The translations under genes were made by a program, and so were the position numbers. This document shows, in pieces, positions 61,906 to 64,000 of a stretch of DNA of 64,000 nucleotides. The notes beneath the pieces are model-generated. The model ran no database searches. It worked only from the letters and a program-made list of their open reading frames with translations, and had not been told where the DNA came from. Origin of the DNA: Cyanobacteriota bacterium (GTDB lineage: Bacteria > Cyanobacteriota > Cyanobacteriia > Cyanobacteriales > Nostocaceae); contig JBJOKS010000012.1 of NCBI GenBank assembly GCA_046045965.1, positions 32,001 to 96,000 of the forward strand, given 5' to 3'. Within the stretch, counting starts at the first letter, position 1; each line of letters begins with the position of its first letter.

Positions 61906-63525
61906 GTGCGCTTGTTGACAACCGTTGCCGCTTTACGCTGTTATTTAAATCAACGTCGCCGGGAAAGCAATGTTAAGCTTTCAGATGAACTATTATTTGA
62001 TGATCAGACTACTTGGTATCCGACAGCAGTTGGTTTAGTACCAACTATGGGTGGGCTGCATCAAGGTCATCTGAGCCTGATTGAAAATGCTAGACAAGAA
62101 AATTCTACAGTGATTGTGAGTATTTTTGTCAATCCCTTGCAATTTGGACCCAATGAGGATTATCAACGCTATCCCCGGACTATAGACCAAGACCAAGAAT
62201 TGTGTGAACAAGCTGGAGTAGACGCAATTTTTGCTCCGACTCCGGAAGAAATGGGAATTCCTCAGAAGAATATACAAGAAACTCAAGTGACACAAGTAAT
62301 CCCTCCATCTGGTATGATAAGTAGCTTGTGTGGTAGATATCGGCCGGGTCATTTTCAAGGTGTGGCGACGATTGTCACCAAGCTTTTCAATTTGGTACAG
62401 CCTGACCGAGCCTACTTTGGTCAAAAAGATGGTCAGCAACTGGCAATTATTAAACGTCTGGTGGCTGATTTAAATTTGCCAGTGGAAATTGTTGCTTGTC
62501 CAACGGTACGGGAAGCGTCTGGCTTGGCTTTGAGTTCTCGTAATCAATATTTGACTGCAACAGAAAAAGAGCAGGCAACAGTGTTATATAAAGGCTTGCA
62601 GCAAGCTGAGGCGGCGTTTCGTGCTGGCGTTCGCAACAGTAGTCAGCTGATAGCATTGGTGTGGGACCAAATAGCAAAGGTCAGCACTATCTATGTGGAA
62701 TATATTGAATTGGTTGAACCGACTACATTGATGTTTTTAGCAAAAGTTGAGGAGGAAGGAATGCTGGCGATCGCAGCCCGTCTTGGTTCTACACGTCTGA
62801 TTGATAATACTATCTTGCGCGATGTCTACAACGGGCTACGCCAACCTATTATCGCTATTGATGGTCCGGCTGGTGCTGGTAAGTCTACTGTGGCTCGTCA
62901 AGTGGCAACCCAGTTAGGTTTGGTGTATTTAGATACGGGTGCTATGTACCGGGCTATTACTTGGCTAGTGCTGCAAACAGGTATTGCTATTGATGATGAA
63001 TGTGCGATCGCTGAATTAGCAAGCCAGTGTAATATTGAACTTACTCCCAGTCAAAATCTGGACACTCCCGTGCGAGTATGGATTAATGGTCATGATGTCA
63101 CTCCAGAAATTCGCACCATTGAGGTAACATCACAAGTATCAGCGATCGCTGCTCAAAGTGCAGTCCGCAAAGCCCTAGTCACACAACAGCAAGGTTGGGG
63201 TAAACGGGGTGGTTTGGTAGCTGAAGGCCGGGACATCGGTACTCATGTTTTCCCTGATGCAGAAGTGAAAATCTTTTTAACTGCTTCTGTTGGTGAACGC
63301 GCACGTCGTCGTCAGCAAGATTTTACCAAACAAGGACAACCCGAAGTAAGTTTAGAACAACTGGAACGGGATATAGCCGAACGTGATCACAAAGATAGCA
63401 CTCGCAAAATTTCCCCCTTGCGAAAAGCCGCAGATGCAGTGGAAGTTCAAACTGATGGACTTACCCCGTCGGAAGTAGCAACGCAAATTGTTAATTATTA
63501 CCAAGATCGTTTGTCTCATCGGTAA
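61906..63525 (+). CDS. panC/cmk: Bifunctional pantoate--beta-alanine ligase / cytidylate kinase
   Basis: VPTMGGLHQGH, FVNPLQF, RPGHFQGV, FGQKD, LSSRN; IAIDGPAGAGKST, LDTGAMYR, EGRDIGT. Confidence 0.96.
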   Translation: MRLLTTVAALRCYLNQRRRESNVKLSDELLFDDQTTWYPTAVGLVPTMGGLHQGHLSLIENARQENSTVIVSIFVNPLQFGPNEDYQRYPRTIDQDQELCEQAGVDAIFAPTPEEMGIPQKNIQETQVTQVIPPSGMISSLCGRYRPGHFQGVATIVTKLFNLVQPDRAYFGQKDGQQLAIIKRLVADLNLPVEIVACPTVREASGLALSSRNQYLTATEKEQATVLYKGLQQAEAAFRAGVRNSSQLIALVWDQIAKVSTIYVEYIELVEPTTLMFLAKVEEEGMLAIAARLGSTRLIDNTILRDVYNGLRQPIIAIDGPAGAGKSTVARQVATQLGLVYLDTGAMYRAITWLVLQTGIAIDDECAIAELASQCNIELTPSQNLDTPVRVWINGHDVTPEIRTIEVTSQVSAIAAQSAVRKALVTQQQGWGKRGGLVAEGRDIGTHVFPDAEVKIFLTASVGERARRRQQDFTKQGQPEVSLEQLERDIAERDHKDSTRKISPLRKAADAVEVQTDGLTPSEVATQIVNYYQDRLSHR

Positions 63526-64000
63526 GAATTCAGGAGTTAGGAGTCAATATTCCCAAAACTCAACCTGCAATCAAATTTATTGCATAAAGTAGGGGTTTAG
63601 CAATGCTAAACCCTCCCCCAAATTCCGGGAAATTGTCAACTGAAAATATGGCAAAAATTGGGAACACAAATTAAATAGCAGTGTTATATCTTCAATCGCC
63701 AATCAGAAAGTATTGTATTCAACATTGTAAAGCCTTTAAATCATAATTCATCTCACCAAAGATAGATTTAAAATATTTCCCTTGTTATATCTCAAAACTA
63801 TAAGTCGAGTTTCTTGTTGTGCGACTAACTTCTGAATTCTTAGCTGTGCATTATACTTGATCTGTGCATATTTGGAAATCTGAATTTGAGGATCATCTTC
63901 CGCAAACGGCTAATTAACTCGGCAGATGAACCATTAGCAATTTTTATTTATAACCATAAATATCTCCAAATAGGACTTATTCCCAAAGTTCTGTGGTTTA

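Noticed and set aside
63650..64000. Possible gene fragment at the right edge
   Set aside because: Only short interrupted frames with no recognisable family

Overview
A 64-kb chromosomal window from a heterocyst-forming cyanobacterium (Nostocales). The assignment rests on low GC, many HIP1 GCGATCGC octamers, heptamer STRR arrays, hetP and the HEP island. About 1-14.6 kb is the heterocyst envelope polysaccharide (HEP) island on the minus strand: rfbF, lhgO, GT8, SDR, GT2, 2OG-oxygenase, rfbC, SAF-oxidoreductase, GT4, wzc, hepC and a further GT cut by the window edge. Upstream of it are a TerY-P/YegILK-type triad (vWA, PP2C, kinase-TPR), a divergent PatA-family regulator, a sugar ABC ATPase and hetP. 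A 2-kb gene-poor gap lies where hetC is expected, followed by a GH116 glucosidase. An accessory patch (DUF29, Rpn-CTD chimera, two Uma2 genes, MITE) comes next. The rest is mostly housekeeping: htrA, inrS, EamA, ppx, ubiA/plqA, two histidine kinases, GNAT, ruvX, yqeG, proB, tlyA, SLH-GHL10, glsA, rlpA, panC/cmk. Inserted among these are an orphan M.PvuII-like methylase, a repeat-flanked papain-fold toxin/partner pair, a class I lysyl-tRNA synthetase (unusual for cyanobacteria), a four-helix-bundle pseudogene bracketed by inverted heptamer arrays, nested MITEs, and tiny repeats inserted in frame into proteins at HIP1 sites. I saw no rRNA, tRNA, CRISPR array or transposase. Family calls come from motif recognition and recall, not database searches.
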